From Chromera velia (Eukaryota), in assembly GCA_018398765.1 (NCBI GenBank), contig JAHBMJ010000008.1, positions 1-59,634 of the forward strand: 59,634 bases of DNA. Direction: 5' to 3'. Positions 24,445-37,239 of the stretch are shown here, one piece after another. The first letter of the stretch is position 1, and each line of letters begins with the position of its first letter. The notes below the pieces were generated by a model. It did no database searches and had not been told where the DNA came from. It was given only the letters and a program-made list of their open reading frames with translations. The translations under genes were made by a program, and so were the position numbers.

Positions 24445-27400
24445 ATGTCAGGAGAACGTAGATACGGGCAGGTTTGGATGAGTGCAGAGCCAGGAGAGGA
24501 AGGGTCTCGCCCCGAAGACACACAGGGGGCCCACCCCGGGAGTCACAGAGTAGTGAGGATGAGACGCGACGGAGGAACCAAGCCTGAAAGTCATGACCCC
24601 TCCATGTCACCGTCGGGCCGAGTCAGGCTACGCCCTAGAGTAGTATTAACTCCGAGGAGGAGGGACCAAGACATCGAGGCAGAGGGAGAAGAGTCTGCTT
24701 CCAGAATGGGAGATCCTGTGCAGGATGACAGCTGATCGAACAGGTTGGATACAAGTCGGACTGGGGGCGGGGAGGATAATGACGTTGGTCGAGTAGCTCA
24801 CTATTCCCTCCCAGACCTCAATCCGGAGAGTAAAAGCCCTCCAAACCCCTCTACAGCAAAGGTCTTTTCAGACGATTGCTCCGTGGAGATCACAGGTGAG
24901 GCCATGGCTCCATGCAAACCCTTCCCGTTCCCGCAGATCCTCGGCCCCGCAGGATTTCGGAACAAACAACATGAGATGTGTTTAGGTCGCACCCCCATAG
25001 CACTACAAAGTAGGAGAGGGGGGACAGCAGGAACAACAGATGGAGTAGGCCTGATCCCCCCGCGGGTGGGCAATGATAGGAGCGAGAGAAAGGTGTCTAG
25101 CAGGATGGAGTCACACCCTCGACCTGCTCCTGACCACACCCCCGTAAGCACAGGACCTGATACTAGACCCGACCATTCCTTAGTGGCAAGGCTAGCGTCT
25201 ATGCTGTCAGCGCTCCATGTGAAGTGGGCCAGAATGGATCCAAGGGGACCGTGGGGTGATTTCCAGATGGATGAAGAGGTATTGAGAGCAGGTCTGCTGG
25301 CAGTATTGGTCGAGAATCGCTCTGAGTCCCCCCGAGAGTCGAGTAACAAGAAGATATTCGTTTTCAGCATGAGGCTACCCACTGAGGCAGGGGAGACTGC
25401 AGAGGGGGTACCCCAGTTACAATGGGGGAGCGACCACCCAGGTACCTTGTCAGCGGCGCTGGGGGGCCCGTTGAGTGTACTGGGGGGGATGGCACTAGAG
25501 GCAGGGTTCTGGTTCGTCCCAGTGCATGATTATGAAACACGGCAGTGCATAATGGTCAGGAATGGGGGGGAAGGCGCTGATATAGGGGGTAGAGTCATGA
25601 TGGTGAGCTTGGACTCACTTAGTTGCACGACCACCGCCCCTAGCCTCCTGAAGGAGGGGAAAAGGAGAGTGTTCAGAAGAGTTGCTCTAATGGCAATGGA
25701 GCTATACAGGGCGGTGAGAGGATACATTCCTCAGAATTGGGTGGACTTCCTGTGTGAATAGCCGAGCATGGAAATAGTCGAGCTGTCTATCCCCCAGCAG
25801 GCGGATTTCAATGAGTGGCCGCTATTCCAATGTGGCGACTATGTTCTAGCCTGCCTGGTTGCCGTCCTCAGGTATGACCCGGGAGAGTGGGAAAACATGT
25901 TCCACCAGACTGATGACCAGCCGCATGTGATCCTAGCCGGGAGGGGATGGATGGCAATCCGACTCAGGAGGTAGCTGGCGACAGTTATGTCTGAGGTAAC
26001 AGGAACGTGGGGAGGTGAACCCCCAGAGGGGGGATATGAAGTGACGCGGTCGGAGGCGAGGAAGATCGCCAGGAGGTGGATGTGCGGGCCTGGATTGGGG
26101 AGAGCCAGACAGTGTGGCCGAAGGAATACTAACCAGAGGCAACACGCTAGGTCACAGGTCTGTGAGGGGTGGTGACATTGGGGTGTTGTGTTGGGGGTGG
26201 ACTCCCCCCTGATAGAAAGAGGGCTGTACGGGGCTGTAGCGGCACGGCGTACATAGAGTAGTTATTCACGGTTGCGTACTTGCGTGTGCCTGGGAGAACA
26301 GCATCCTAGAGTTGGGCAGTTCTCGACTCATGAGCCTTGCCAATGAGAGTGAAATGCCCTAGAGCTGGGCTACTCTTGGTATCCATACGAAAGCTTGCAT
26401 GGGTGTGTATGTGCCCTAGAGCTGGGCTGCCACCAGCTTGCCACCCCTTGAGTGTGCGTCGCCTTAGAGCTAGGCCGCCCTCGCTTCCTTTTACACATCT
26501 GGACAGTGTTGCCTTGAGAACCCACTGATTCGTGGTGATGGATTCATTTTTGCAGGAGGGAGGACGTTCTGATGCAGGGGTGGCGTTGCAGGACAGCACA
26601 GAGGAGTTCGTAGAAGGGGGGGCCGCTGAGTTGGAGACCCAGCGGGAGGAAGTGATTGCCGCTGTGGCAGCAGGAGAGTCAGCGGCGAATGGTCGCGCAC
26701 CACCTGGGGCCGGGGGGCAGAATAGACAAGTATGTGGGAGGGACGGTAACGAACTGGTTGCTTCAGTATAGGGCATACAGTTGCCTTGCTTCTGAACGTG
26801 TGGGGTGCAGTGCCCTAGAGCTGGGCTGCCCTGGGTTCCTAAACTGAGTGTGCGTCGCCTTAGAGCTGGGCCGCCCTTGTTTTCCCCCACCTACCTGGTT
26901 GAGTGTCACCCTAGAACTGGGCCGCTCGTACCCTCTCGTAATTATGTTGACTGCATAACCCCTTGAACTGGGCTGTGGTCACTCTCTCTGCTGCTATATT
27001 GTTTGAGTGCTTGGGCTAACAGTCAGCAAACATAATATCATGTGAGTTAGCAAAGCTGTGTCTGTCAGGGTTTATGGTTTGGGGACCCACTGTCTGCGTA
27101 GTGATGGATTTGTTTGTCGCAGGGGCAGAGACTCTCTGGTGGTGGGCTGACACCGCGGAATGGCCACGGAAGGGCAGTGAAGAGAGAAACAGTGGGGAGA
27201 CGACGGGAGGGAAAAAGTGCTGGTGGGAGGGCCAGAGCACCGGTCAAGGGATGTGGAACATGGCCTAGGATGGAGGACCGGAGTGAGCAGGTATGTTGAA
27301 GGCAGTGGGGAGGGAAGTTCCTTAGATTCCGCATGTAGGGGTGCAGTGCCACTGCCTTAGAGCTGGGCTGCCCCCGGATTGCCGTCCTGAGAGTGCATTG

Positions 27401-29890
27401 CCTTAGAGCTAGGCCGCCCTCGCTTCTTTGCTCTGTCTGTCTGAGTGCCGCCCTCAAATTGGGCCACTCCTACTCCCCTGTGACTCAGTTGTGAGGTGCT
27501 GGCTACATAACCCCAAGAGCCTTCTTTGCTGCTGTGAGCGTTAAATAGGTGCTTGCGGCTGGCAGTCAGGGGCACTTGTGTGGCAGTGATGACACAGCTT
27601 GCCAGGGGGTGGTTTTGGTGACCCTCTAATTGAGTGATCATTGGCATGATGTTTGTTGCAGGACCAGGGTTCCCCTACTGGTGGCTCCACCCCCCACCGA
27701 GCTACGCCTTGAGGTTTTGAGTGCTCCCGAGGGGACAGGGGGACGTCGGTTAAAGTGGAGGTGACCACTGCACCGAACCCATTCACACCGGAGGGATGGG
27801 GGCAACGTACCCGGTCGCCCAGACCCGTCCGCCTCCCGCAGTTTCTCGATCCCCCAGACGATATCCCTGACTGGGCAGATCAAGATGACCCAGGCCTGAC
27901 GACAGGATCTAGTGAAGCTATACTGAGGTTGTGCCAGAGGACAATGAGGTTGTATGAGGAGCTGTTTGCGCCGGGGGGAATCTTTGAGGGGCGGAGAAGG
28001 GACGACACTGTCAGGGCGGGGCCCAGTGGGGGGGGAGGACCCCTATCGACGGAGATCCCCTCGGTGAGCAGAGCTGCCCCCACCCTTACCGACCCTCCAA
28101 GTCGGGGGGTGGAGGAATTAGGCGACAAAGTGTGGCGGGCACTCTGTGAGAGGGAACGCGTGAATGACACCCTCGGAGAATATGCGAGGGAACTTTTTCT
28201 TCGTCACCTAGGACAGGGTGATCAGTGAGAACATGGGCAGACCTGGCCACATCAGTTGGGAGGAGCAGCTGCCGCCTCAGTCTCACAGACACTGCAAAGC
28301 CAGATGCCACTGAGGGGGGGACGACAGTCGCATGGGCAGTCCTTTAGTTCCGTTGCAGCGGGACCGACAACGCCTCCCCCCAATGTGCAACCCCCACTGG
28401 GAAGTGAGACTGCCCAGCCTGGGGATCCGGGGCTATAGGTGATGATGGCAGGTGGGTGCCACCTGGCTCACAGTGGGCAGGCGACCCCCCCGCAGTACAC
28501 TAATGGGAACCCACCTCAGTCGCACCAGGGTGCTCAGCCTGGTGCAAGCATCATCCCCCGACTCCTGATCTCCCCACCCTCGCAGAGTTCTTGGCAGGTG
28601 ACGTTGCCACAGGAAACGGTAGCAGGACAGGGTGCCACACAGCGAAACACTACTCAGCTGGGAGAGAGGAGGAGGGCCCCTAGTTCAAGCACAGGCAGGA
28701 ATGGGAAAGGAGGGACCCACGCGGCCGCGGTGGCTGCTCTCTCTTTAGCGCAGGGACTCTCCTCCTCTCTGGCAGTAGCAGCCGGAGGATCCCAGGCTGT
28801 AGCATCGCGGAGGTCAGGCAGGGGGGGTAAAGCGAAGCCTGGAGCCGCACCTCCGCAGGCCATCGGAGGTAAACGAGATCACAGACACCTGACGCCCTCT
28901 GACGATATCCAGACTGACGGTCTGACAAATCCCCCCTCGCCCTCAGCACAGAAAGACTCCCCCAAGCGCCCGAAATCCGCTGTATTGCCCCCCCCCCCAC
29001 CCCTCTCTCTGCCTAGTTACTCAAAATCGCTCTCATAGACCCTGACCAACAGTCTTAGAACCTCTCTTCCCGACCGCCGCGTCGCTGCTTCCGCTGAGGC
29101 GATGGTCCCGCCCCCCTTGATCCCAATAGTCGAAAAAGCCCCCGGTTAGCCTCCTGCTGGGTCTAGAGAGACGGCTGCAGCGGGCTGTGGTAGTCTTTCC
29201 ACACTTGGGAAACAGAATTGGGAGAGTGCTACAGTGGCAGCACCGTCTGCTTCAGCAGGAGGGAGGCCCTACCTGACCTTTCCGCATTTGACCGCTCCGA
29301 GGCAGGGTGAATCGGTCTTTTCGACGCCCCCTCGCAGACAATCCCCAGGACAGACCCTCCCTGAGTTCGGTCACGACATGCAGCCCCGCCTAGGGCCCGA
29401 CACTGACGATGGTACAGAACCTACAGCCCTCTCTCTAGCAGGGCTGCCCCCACTAGGGGCCCACACCGAGGCCCCCACAAGGTAGCAGACGCGTGAAGGC
29501 CCTCCCAAAGGCATGCTAATGGATGCGTTTGTAGAGGACCGGGGTTTCTTCACGGGCTCAGCTGTCCCCCAGACAGCGAAGCCCTCCGTCTCCCTGTCTC
29601 CACCCCTCCACCAGCCTCCCCAACCGTCTAGGGTGACAGCTATCCCGGACCCGTTGCCCCCTCCAGGGTCTAGTCTGCTTTTTCTGCCCCCCGTTTCCTC
29701 ACGCCCCCCACAGGACTCGGGTGGGGAGGACTCGGGGGCGATGTTGGGTCTCAGCAGGCAAGCGGCTGCCCCGGAGGGAAACGGAGGCGCTCTGTAGTAT
29801 CGAAACCGAGCACTGGGAGGAAACAGAGGTGTAGTGTGGGGGAGGGTGATGAATGTTGGCTGGGAGAAAACGATCATTGTCTCGCTGGGG
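24445..29890 (+). pseudogene. LINE ORF1 region with Ulp1/C48-like segment and three putative phase-0 introns
   Basis: One frame 24445-26157, exons 26556-26729 and 27123-27290, then one frame from 27662 to ~29890; interrupted by isolated TAG/TGA stops. Confidence 0.6.
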
Positions 29891-30459
29891 GGGTATGAGA
29901 GCTAGGTACAACTGTGAGTTCCCTCCTTGTAACTTATTTCTCGGATGCTCTCAGACACCCTAGTCAAAGCAGGAGTCTGACCCCCTGACTGTCCACATGG
30001 TTGCCTGCTGAAGCCTCAACTGTGCCCCAGTCTGGTGACATTGCACAGGTTTGCTCAGAGGGGACTGCTTTGAGTGGTCAGACTCCTGATGCCTTTAGGG
30101 GGGAATGTAATAGTAAACTGACCGCTGGTGGTAGTGGGTGTCCCTCCATGACTGGGGCCAGCAAGGACCCGACCTCTGACTTTCTCTTACCCCCGCTGAG
30201 ATCTGATGGTAGCCTAGTAACGACGTTGATTGCAGGCCTGGCAATGGGCACAGCCATCGGAGGGTATCGAATGGAGCGGGAAAGCCCCCCACCCCACATG
30301 ACGATAGCCATCCCCTGTCTGACGGCCAGTGAGGCTCGTGAACCCCTAGCAGACCCCCAGAGAGGTTTTCTGGGAGACTCGGCAGGCGGACCATCGTGGT
30401 GTGGACTCTCTGTGTCTTGTTCTGAATTGTCTGATGGCTTCTCTGTGTTCGATAGTTGG

Positions 30460-33400
30460 ATGCTGGCCATACTGTGTGTGAATGTCTATGGACTGTCCGA
30501 CCGCTTGCAGTGTCCCCACTTCCGGGATCTCTTGGACTGCATGGACATCCTCGTATGTACAGAGACGCGCATGCTGTCAGAAGAACTCCACTTGGACACG
30601 CATTGGTGCCTGAATTTCCCGCACTACCATGAAACAGCAGATGATCTCACTAGGTTTACAGGGGGGGTAGCCTTTTTCGTGAATAAACAATTGTGCCCAG
30701 AGGTCCCAAGAAGCAATGCAATTGGCCCTTCTTGCACCTCAATCAGGTTTCCAGCACCTGCTGAGCTTGCCCAGATCCCCGCAAATCCCCTTTGTGACAA
30801 AGCCCCTGTAACCGAGGCCCGGGTGTTTACAATTGTGGGTGCTTACTTTCCTACCTCTTCTGCGCAGCGTTACGTGGGTGTCTCCTTAGACACCCTCTAG
30901 GATGGGATCCAAGGGGTCCTAATGTCCTCGCAAGCTGACTTCAGAGTCTTGTGTGGGGACTTCAATGCACACACGGCCAACCTTTGCACCAAAGTCCCCC
31001 TCCCGTCGTTATCAGACAACGCCTTTATGCCTCATGCCTCTGACCACATAGCCCTAGCTGGTAGAGAGCAGCGTTCAGGTCCCCCTCTCTATATCCAGAT
31101 CCAAAGGGACAGTAGAGATCGCAGGAGGCCAGACCCACAGGAGAAAACCCTTATTGACAGGGCGTCAGAATGTGAACTGACCATATTGAATGGGGTAAGA
31201 CTCATCCCTGCTGTTCAGCCCCCCCTCCTATCATGCCTGCTCCCCAACCCTCCTGCTATTGATGGTGCTCCGATCTTAGGACAGAGCTGTGAACACCCGT
31301 CTATGACTCAGAAATCACCCGAAGAGAGCCGTGAGGACCCTCTCCTGGGGTCGGCCCTGTGGGACCCTTGTCCGTCGTCTGCCGAGCACACGTATTTCCG
31401 AGAAGCTAGGGTTTCGGTTGTAGACTATATCTTCGTCAGTACAAACCTTCTCCCACTCCTTCGCTCCTTCTCCATCAGAAGGGACAGGGAGATAGCACTG
31501 GATCACACTCTCCTCTGCGCGGGGTTTGGGCAAGCTCAGGTTGTACGGCACAGTGAATGCCCAGTTGCAGAACCTAGGCGTCCAGGCCCCCCCCAGGGGT
31601 CGGACGAGTATCAATAACGGTCTAACCCGCGCTGTTCACAGCATGAGCAACGAGTCCCACTTGCCTCCTGGGCCCCCGCCTACCCTGCCTGAGGGGTGGG
31701 AATTCGCCTCCTACCTTCGTGGCAGCTGGCCAAGGCCCGGTGCCCACTGCCCTGTCCCGACTTTCGATTCACCAGGATTTGTCGATGCGTCAAACAAGCT
31801 GTGCTCCTACCTGAATATCCGTAAATCTCTCTGGATGGGCCTAGATATAGGTGCAGTGCAGCCCCTCCCCCTACCCGCTGGCATGGAGCAGGGGGATACG
31901 ATTGATTCCATTTTCTCCGGATGGTTTCAGGCAGTATGTTGTGAGGCAGGTGGCCGTCCCCCCTTGGTTGCTCCCTGTCCTCCTCCTTTGAACTCCGAGA
32001 GCCCATCACCACCTCCCAGATGTGTTACTCCACCTAACGATGAACAAAGGGGGGTATCTGCGGGGGCGACTTGGAGGGTAGGAAGAAGGTCCAATGTGCC
32101 CCAGAACAGGCCCCCGATTCTCCGACCACTCCGATTAAAGGTGCGGTGGTAGGCAATTGAAGTGAGGAAACAAAAGGCGTTGTTGTTGGCTCTCGGACGA
32201 CTTCCTGTAGGGTCCAGCTGACCGTTACACCTTGTCATCGCAGAGACCCACAAAAAGTACAAGGAGGCTAAAACAGCGTACAACCGAGCCTTATCAGCTT
32301 ATGTGAAGTCGGAGGCAGTGGAGCGGGAAAGAGTGCTGCAAGCAGAACTGCAGAAAAGTCCACAGGGAATCTATGAACTACTCAGAGACCTCTGCAAACG
32401 CGCAGCAGCAAGGTTGATGCCCTCTCGTGCCGACGATGGTACGTCAGCTGCCCCTACAACACAAGTCCCCTCCCCCTGGGCTTTTGCTGAGCACTTTGCT
32501 CAAGTATTCCGCTGTCCTGAGGAATCCAGTCCCGAGGAATGCTGTTCAGGGCCCCTTCCGATTTCTTCCTCTCTCACAGCCCCTGGCATATCGGTCTCAA
32601 CTGTCTCACAGAATGCCCGTGCCCCTCCTGTGCGAGGCTTGGCGCCCTTGAGCACGGAGATACCCCCATCACTTCAGGGGTCCTTTGCCCCCCTAGTGCC
32701 ACCGCCAGGTTTTCCTCCCCTCTCCCCCCTCTCAGACCCCCCCCCCCAACCTGAGGCTTCCGACCCCAGAGCCCCGTCTAGTGCATGGGAAGCTACTGGT
32801 AGGGTATCGCCGTTCCCGGATCTCGAATTCTTCTCTCAGGAGGAAGTAAAGTCCTGTCTAAGGGCTAGTAAGAAAAAGAAGGCGGCTGGCGTTGATGGGC
32901 TAGTGGTTGAGAACCTGAGGAAATGGTCCCAAAACCCGCTCTTCGTAGCCTCAGTCACAGACGTGTTTAACGTCTGCCTTGTAGAGGGCAGAATTGCGTC
33001 AATCTGGAATAGATGTCTTATCTCACCGGTGCTGAAGCCCGGGAAAGACCCGGAGGACCCGGCCTCCTACAGAGCGATCCATCTGCTTGGACACCTCTCG
33101 AAGATGTTCAGCTCACTCATTGATCAGCGATTGAGGAAGATTGTTTCGCTTTCCCGGGTGCAGTTTGGATTTCAAAAGGGTAAAGGTACCAGGGACGCTC
33201 TGTTCGTTTTCAACCACATCCTTAAGAAGTATCACTCCCCAGGTATGCATTGTGTTTTTATCGACTTGAAGCAAGCATTTGACTCGGTAGGACATAAGCG
33301 TCTGTGGGAGTGCTTAAAGGATGAGGGGGTCCCCCCTCATTGGGTATGGGTAACACCGTTGTTCAAGGTATGTACACCGACGTGTGGGCAACGGTCTGTC

Positions 33401-35955
33401 AACCTGCCAGTGAGGGTACGCAGAATCGGTGTGTAGCGGGCTTAGCTCCCACTGCTGGCAAGTTTTGGTTTAGAGAGAGCGTTGGGGTCAAGCAGGGCGA
33501 TCCATTCTCACCACTGTTATTTAATCTCTTTATAAATGACCTCCCGTCTTTTATCGCTGACCGACGTCTTACGGCCCTGCCAAATAGGACTGGGCCATCC
33601 GATCAGAATCTTCAACCCCCCCTCTCGTCTTCCACTCTCCCTCCAGCCTTGCTGGCAGCTGTTTCGTCTGCCTCCTCTTCGTCTTCCAGTCACCCGACTT
33701 CCGCCAAGGTTGGGGTTGGGCCTTCTTCTGACTTCTGTGAGCTTGAGTGCCTCCTTTACGCTGATGATCTCGTTTTGTTTCACCCAGACCCAGGTGAGCT
33801 GACTTGCATGCTTGATCGTTTGTCTGCCTACTGTTAGAAGAACGGATTATCTGTGAATGTCTCAAAGTCATACTCGTTGTTTGTGGGGGAGGAATGGAGT
33901 TTGGGCGAAAGGAAGGTCTTTCTCTTTGGGGGGAAAGTCATACAACGTTGTTTGGAGTTTAAATATCTGGGTGCAATTTTCAACAGGAATAGGGCAGTCA
34001 GTCGCGCTTTTGAAATGCATCTAAAAAAAGGGAAGAGGAAGGTGTTTGCATTACTTGGGGAACTTACACTGCTTGGCAAGGTCTTTCCGGGGAGGTTGAT
34101 AACAATATGCAGGACTGCAGCCTCGTCAGTATTCCTCTATTCGGCGGAGACAGTGGACTTGTCCCCTCGACAACTGCATCTTATTGACGACTTCTGGTTA
34201 AGCCTATGCCGGTCCGAGGTTGGCTTCCCCCAAACCTCCCCAAGGATTCTCACCCTCCTTCAGTTTGGTATCCTGCCCGCAGCCGCAACCCTAGCAGAAA
34301 GAGCGCTCAGGTTCCTGTGAGGAGTGGCGCAGAGGCCAGTGAATGACCTAACCAACCTCGTATATAGATAACTGTGTGAGAGGCGACAACTGGCTATCTT
34401 GGACGACTTTGTTTCTTTCGTTTCGTCCTGTTGTCTCGTAGTAAAACTAGACCGCGCTGATGTGCTTCCACAAAGCCCTTTGTCTTCGAGTATGGTGATG
34501 TCATAGGGGGGGGAGCTCTTTTCATCGCCGATGGGTGGTGTGCAGAGAAAAGTCTGGGAGACGGCAACTCAACAGACAAATTGGTCTTCTCCGGGCGTCC
34601 CCCCCCCTTTTTTCGTCTTACCTCTGTCTCTGTTCCCTCCTTATGGTTGCACATACCTTTCCGATGCCTCGTCAAGCAGGTTTGCACGTCTGCTGTAGCG
34701 TCACGAGCCGTGGCCGCACTTTGAAAAACCGTCCCCCCGTTCCTACCTTCTGGAACGCTCGCTTCCTTTCCAGTCTCGTCGAGTTATCTCTCTTTTCCGA
34801 CTGGGGATCTGCCAGACCTCGGCCAGGACGGCCTTGTTTAGAGGTATGACGGCTTTTTCCCCCCTCGCTCGCTGTTCATTTTGCAAAGAACGAAACCTAA
34901 CGACCCCACCGCAAGATCTACCCATCGGTGATGAGCTTCACGCTCTTTCTGACTGCCCGGAATTTGACTCTGCTAGAGATTGATTCCAGCAGGTCCTGCG
35001 GGTCTCGCCGAAAGCGAAGTACTTCAGCCTCAGCGCACTCGACCGCAGCGAGATATTCTTCATCAAAGTCCTTGTCCCACTACTTTCTGAACGCCCTGGA
35101 TTGGTGGGGCGAACGTTGGTAGGGATCAACGAGTCTTTAATTCGCAAACGAAGAGACATAACGAGACAGGACACCCCTTCAGATGGAGAAGATGTGGGCC
35201 GACAGGGTTTGCCAAATCGGTCTGCTGGCACGGGGGGGGTGAGGGGCACAACGTCTGCTAGACAGTCATGTCAAGCCATCGTCATTCAGGGTCAGAGTCT
35301 TCCGATCCTCTCTTCAACGTCTGCAGCCCCCATCCAAGCCAGTCTGCTGCATAGAGTCGCCGCTAAATCAACTCTTTCTGCAGGCCGGCGTTCCACCATG
35401 TTGCCTGCTGTCCGGTCGTTAGATGCCCACCGTTCAGGCACTTACCCGCTTCCCCCCCTTCTGCCACTGTCACAAGTGTCAGTTGTCTACACGGATGGCG
35501 CCAGCCGCTCTAATGGTACACCGCATGCGAAGGTGGGTTATGGAACATATTGGGGTCCTGGACATCTATGTAACCTCAGCTGTAGACTCAAAGGTAAGCA
35601 GACAAACAATCGAGCCGAGCTGAGTGCGATCATAGCTGCACTTGAAACTGGAATTCTCTATGGTCCTCCTCGCACGCTGATAGTCAAATCTGATTTGTGG
35701 TATGCTTGCCAAGCCCTGGAGTCATGGGTTTCGCGATGGGAAAGAAATGGTTGGAGAAGACCTGATGGAAACTTTAAGCCAGTGTGCAATCAAGATTTGA
35801 TTGGCAAGTTGGTCAGCCTTATCAATGAATACGAATGGGTACTGGGGGGGACTGTGTCTATCCAATAGGTGAAGGCGCACAATAAAGAGCCTAGCAACGA
35901 GGCAGCAGATGCTCTCGCTGTCAAGGATGCGTATCTTCCCATCCCTTGTGCGTAA
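30460..35955 (+). pseudogene. LINE ORF2: AP endonuclease, reverse transcriptase, CCHC finger, RNase H
   Basis: APE: NVYGL, DILVCTETR, GGVAFFV, LCGDFNAH, VDYIFV, LDH. RT: AAGVDGL, QFGF, IDLKQAFDSV, GVKQGDPFSPLLFNL, YADDLV, KYLG. CSFC..DELH..DC finger. RNase H: YTDGAS, TNNRAEL, KSD, *VKAH, NEAADALA. Confidence 0.93.
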
Positions 35956-37239
35956 TGTTCTTGTCTGTAAAGGAGTAAGGGGTTGGGTGTGCTGGTCTGA
36001 TATACTGGGCCGGAGTGAGAAAGCGTAACTTAAGGCGGAGAGGGAGATTTGGTTCTGGCTTTGGAAGTCGAAGACTGTCTGGCGCTGCACCCTACTCTTA
36101 GAACTAGAGGAGGTTGTGCTGACTGAATTTATCTATTCTTCTTCTCGGTCGTTGATGCAGCATGCTTGGTAGGAGTTTTTCTCCTCTTAGCATGAGTCGG
36201 TTTTCCGCCTTAGCCTGTTTTTCCTCATTAACTGGTACTGCATGCCGGAGGTTTTTTATCCAGGACCACTCTAGAGAGCGGGCTAATAGACCGTATGCAT
36301 GACTAGATACGTAGTGAGTGGCGGGTAATGCCGAGCAGTTGCGTGATGTATGTGTATAGGGTGGAGGTACTACCCGGACGGGCGGATGCTCCCATACCCC
36401 CCCTTAATACCTAATACCTAATACCTAACACCCCAGCCCACGCGTGCATGCATGGCCCCGGAAAGCGAAGCGGGGGGCACTTAGTAAACTTTTCCTAGAG
36501 CTCACGATGCATAGAGCTTTGATAAAAAAAAGGCCCCAGAAAGCTTCAACCGCTCCTCAGTGGCTCAGAAAAGCGTCAAAAATTAACCACCTACCCTCGT
36601 TTAATCCACTATCACTTGCTGCCAATGCGTCCAAAGTAGGCAGGCGGTTTTAGCATAGTTTTATAGTCAGTACTACCAAACAATACATGTCGCACTCTTC
36701 CAGCATACGTGTCAAGGAAGAAGGAAGAGGGATCGTCTGGTCATTGTTCTTTTGAAAAACTTTGAGACGTCGTTGAGTTGCCCTCTTTCAGAACCACAAC
36801 TTCAAGTTGAAGAAGAATGCCGTCTCCGCTGGCCATCGATGATCGATCTGCATCCCTCTCCTCTCAATTCGCTCCAAGACTTTCAACACTGTCAGCTGCA
36901 CACCAACATCGGGTGAGACGTCGAAGCAATGCACAGCTGTCTGCGACTGTTTGTGTATCTTCATAGATTCTTGGAAAGTTGTTAAGCGCTTGAGCTGTTC
37001 CCGCTCTGTGTTTGCAGCATTCAGTGTCGACTGGAACTGAAGGCGTACATGTAGCTGTCCTTGAATGTCCTGCGTATACGTCGACCTGGTATTTCTCTCT
37101 ATTTTCTTTTCTGCCTCCATCTATTCAGTTTGTTGATGCATGCCCGTCTCCATCAGGAATTAACGTCTCTTCGTGAAAAAATGCGGACTGCGTCTTCTCC
37201 CGGCCTGGATTGGACCGGTCACAATCAATCACGCTCACA

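Larger units (their letters stand above)
24228..36429 (+). mobile_element. 12.2-kb non-LTR retrotransposon (ORF1 plus APE-RT-CCHC-RNase H), apparently full length, decayed
   Basis: 19-bp TSD accccagcccacgcgtgca at 24209-24227 and 36430-36448; 3' tail (TAATACC)3 at 36405-36425; ORF2 motifs. Confidence 0.93.

Noticed and set aside
26305..27470. CRISPR-like repeat/spacer look of the GCCYTAGAGCTRGGC motifs
   Set aside because: Repeats are short and degenerate, spacers are related to each other, no cas genes, eukaryotic retroelement context.
29893..29954. Possible fourth LINE intron (GTATGA..TCTCAG) that would join ORF1 and ORF2 in frame
   Set aside because: Only 62 nt, lacks the intron motif, and a slip in the adjacent G run or a normal ORF1/ORF2 boundary explains it equally well.
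36788..37120. 110-aa minus-strand ORF
   Set aside because: No recognisable domain or supported exon chain.
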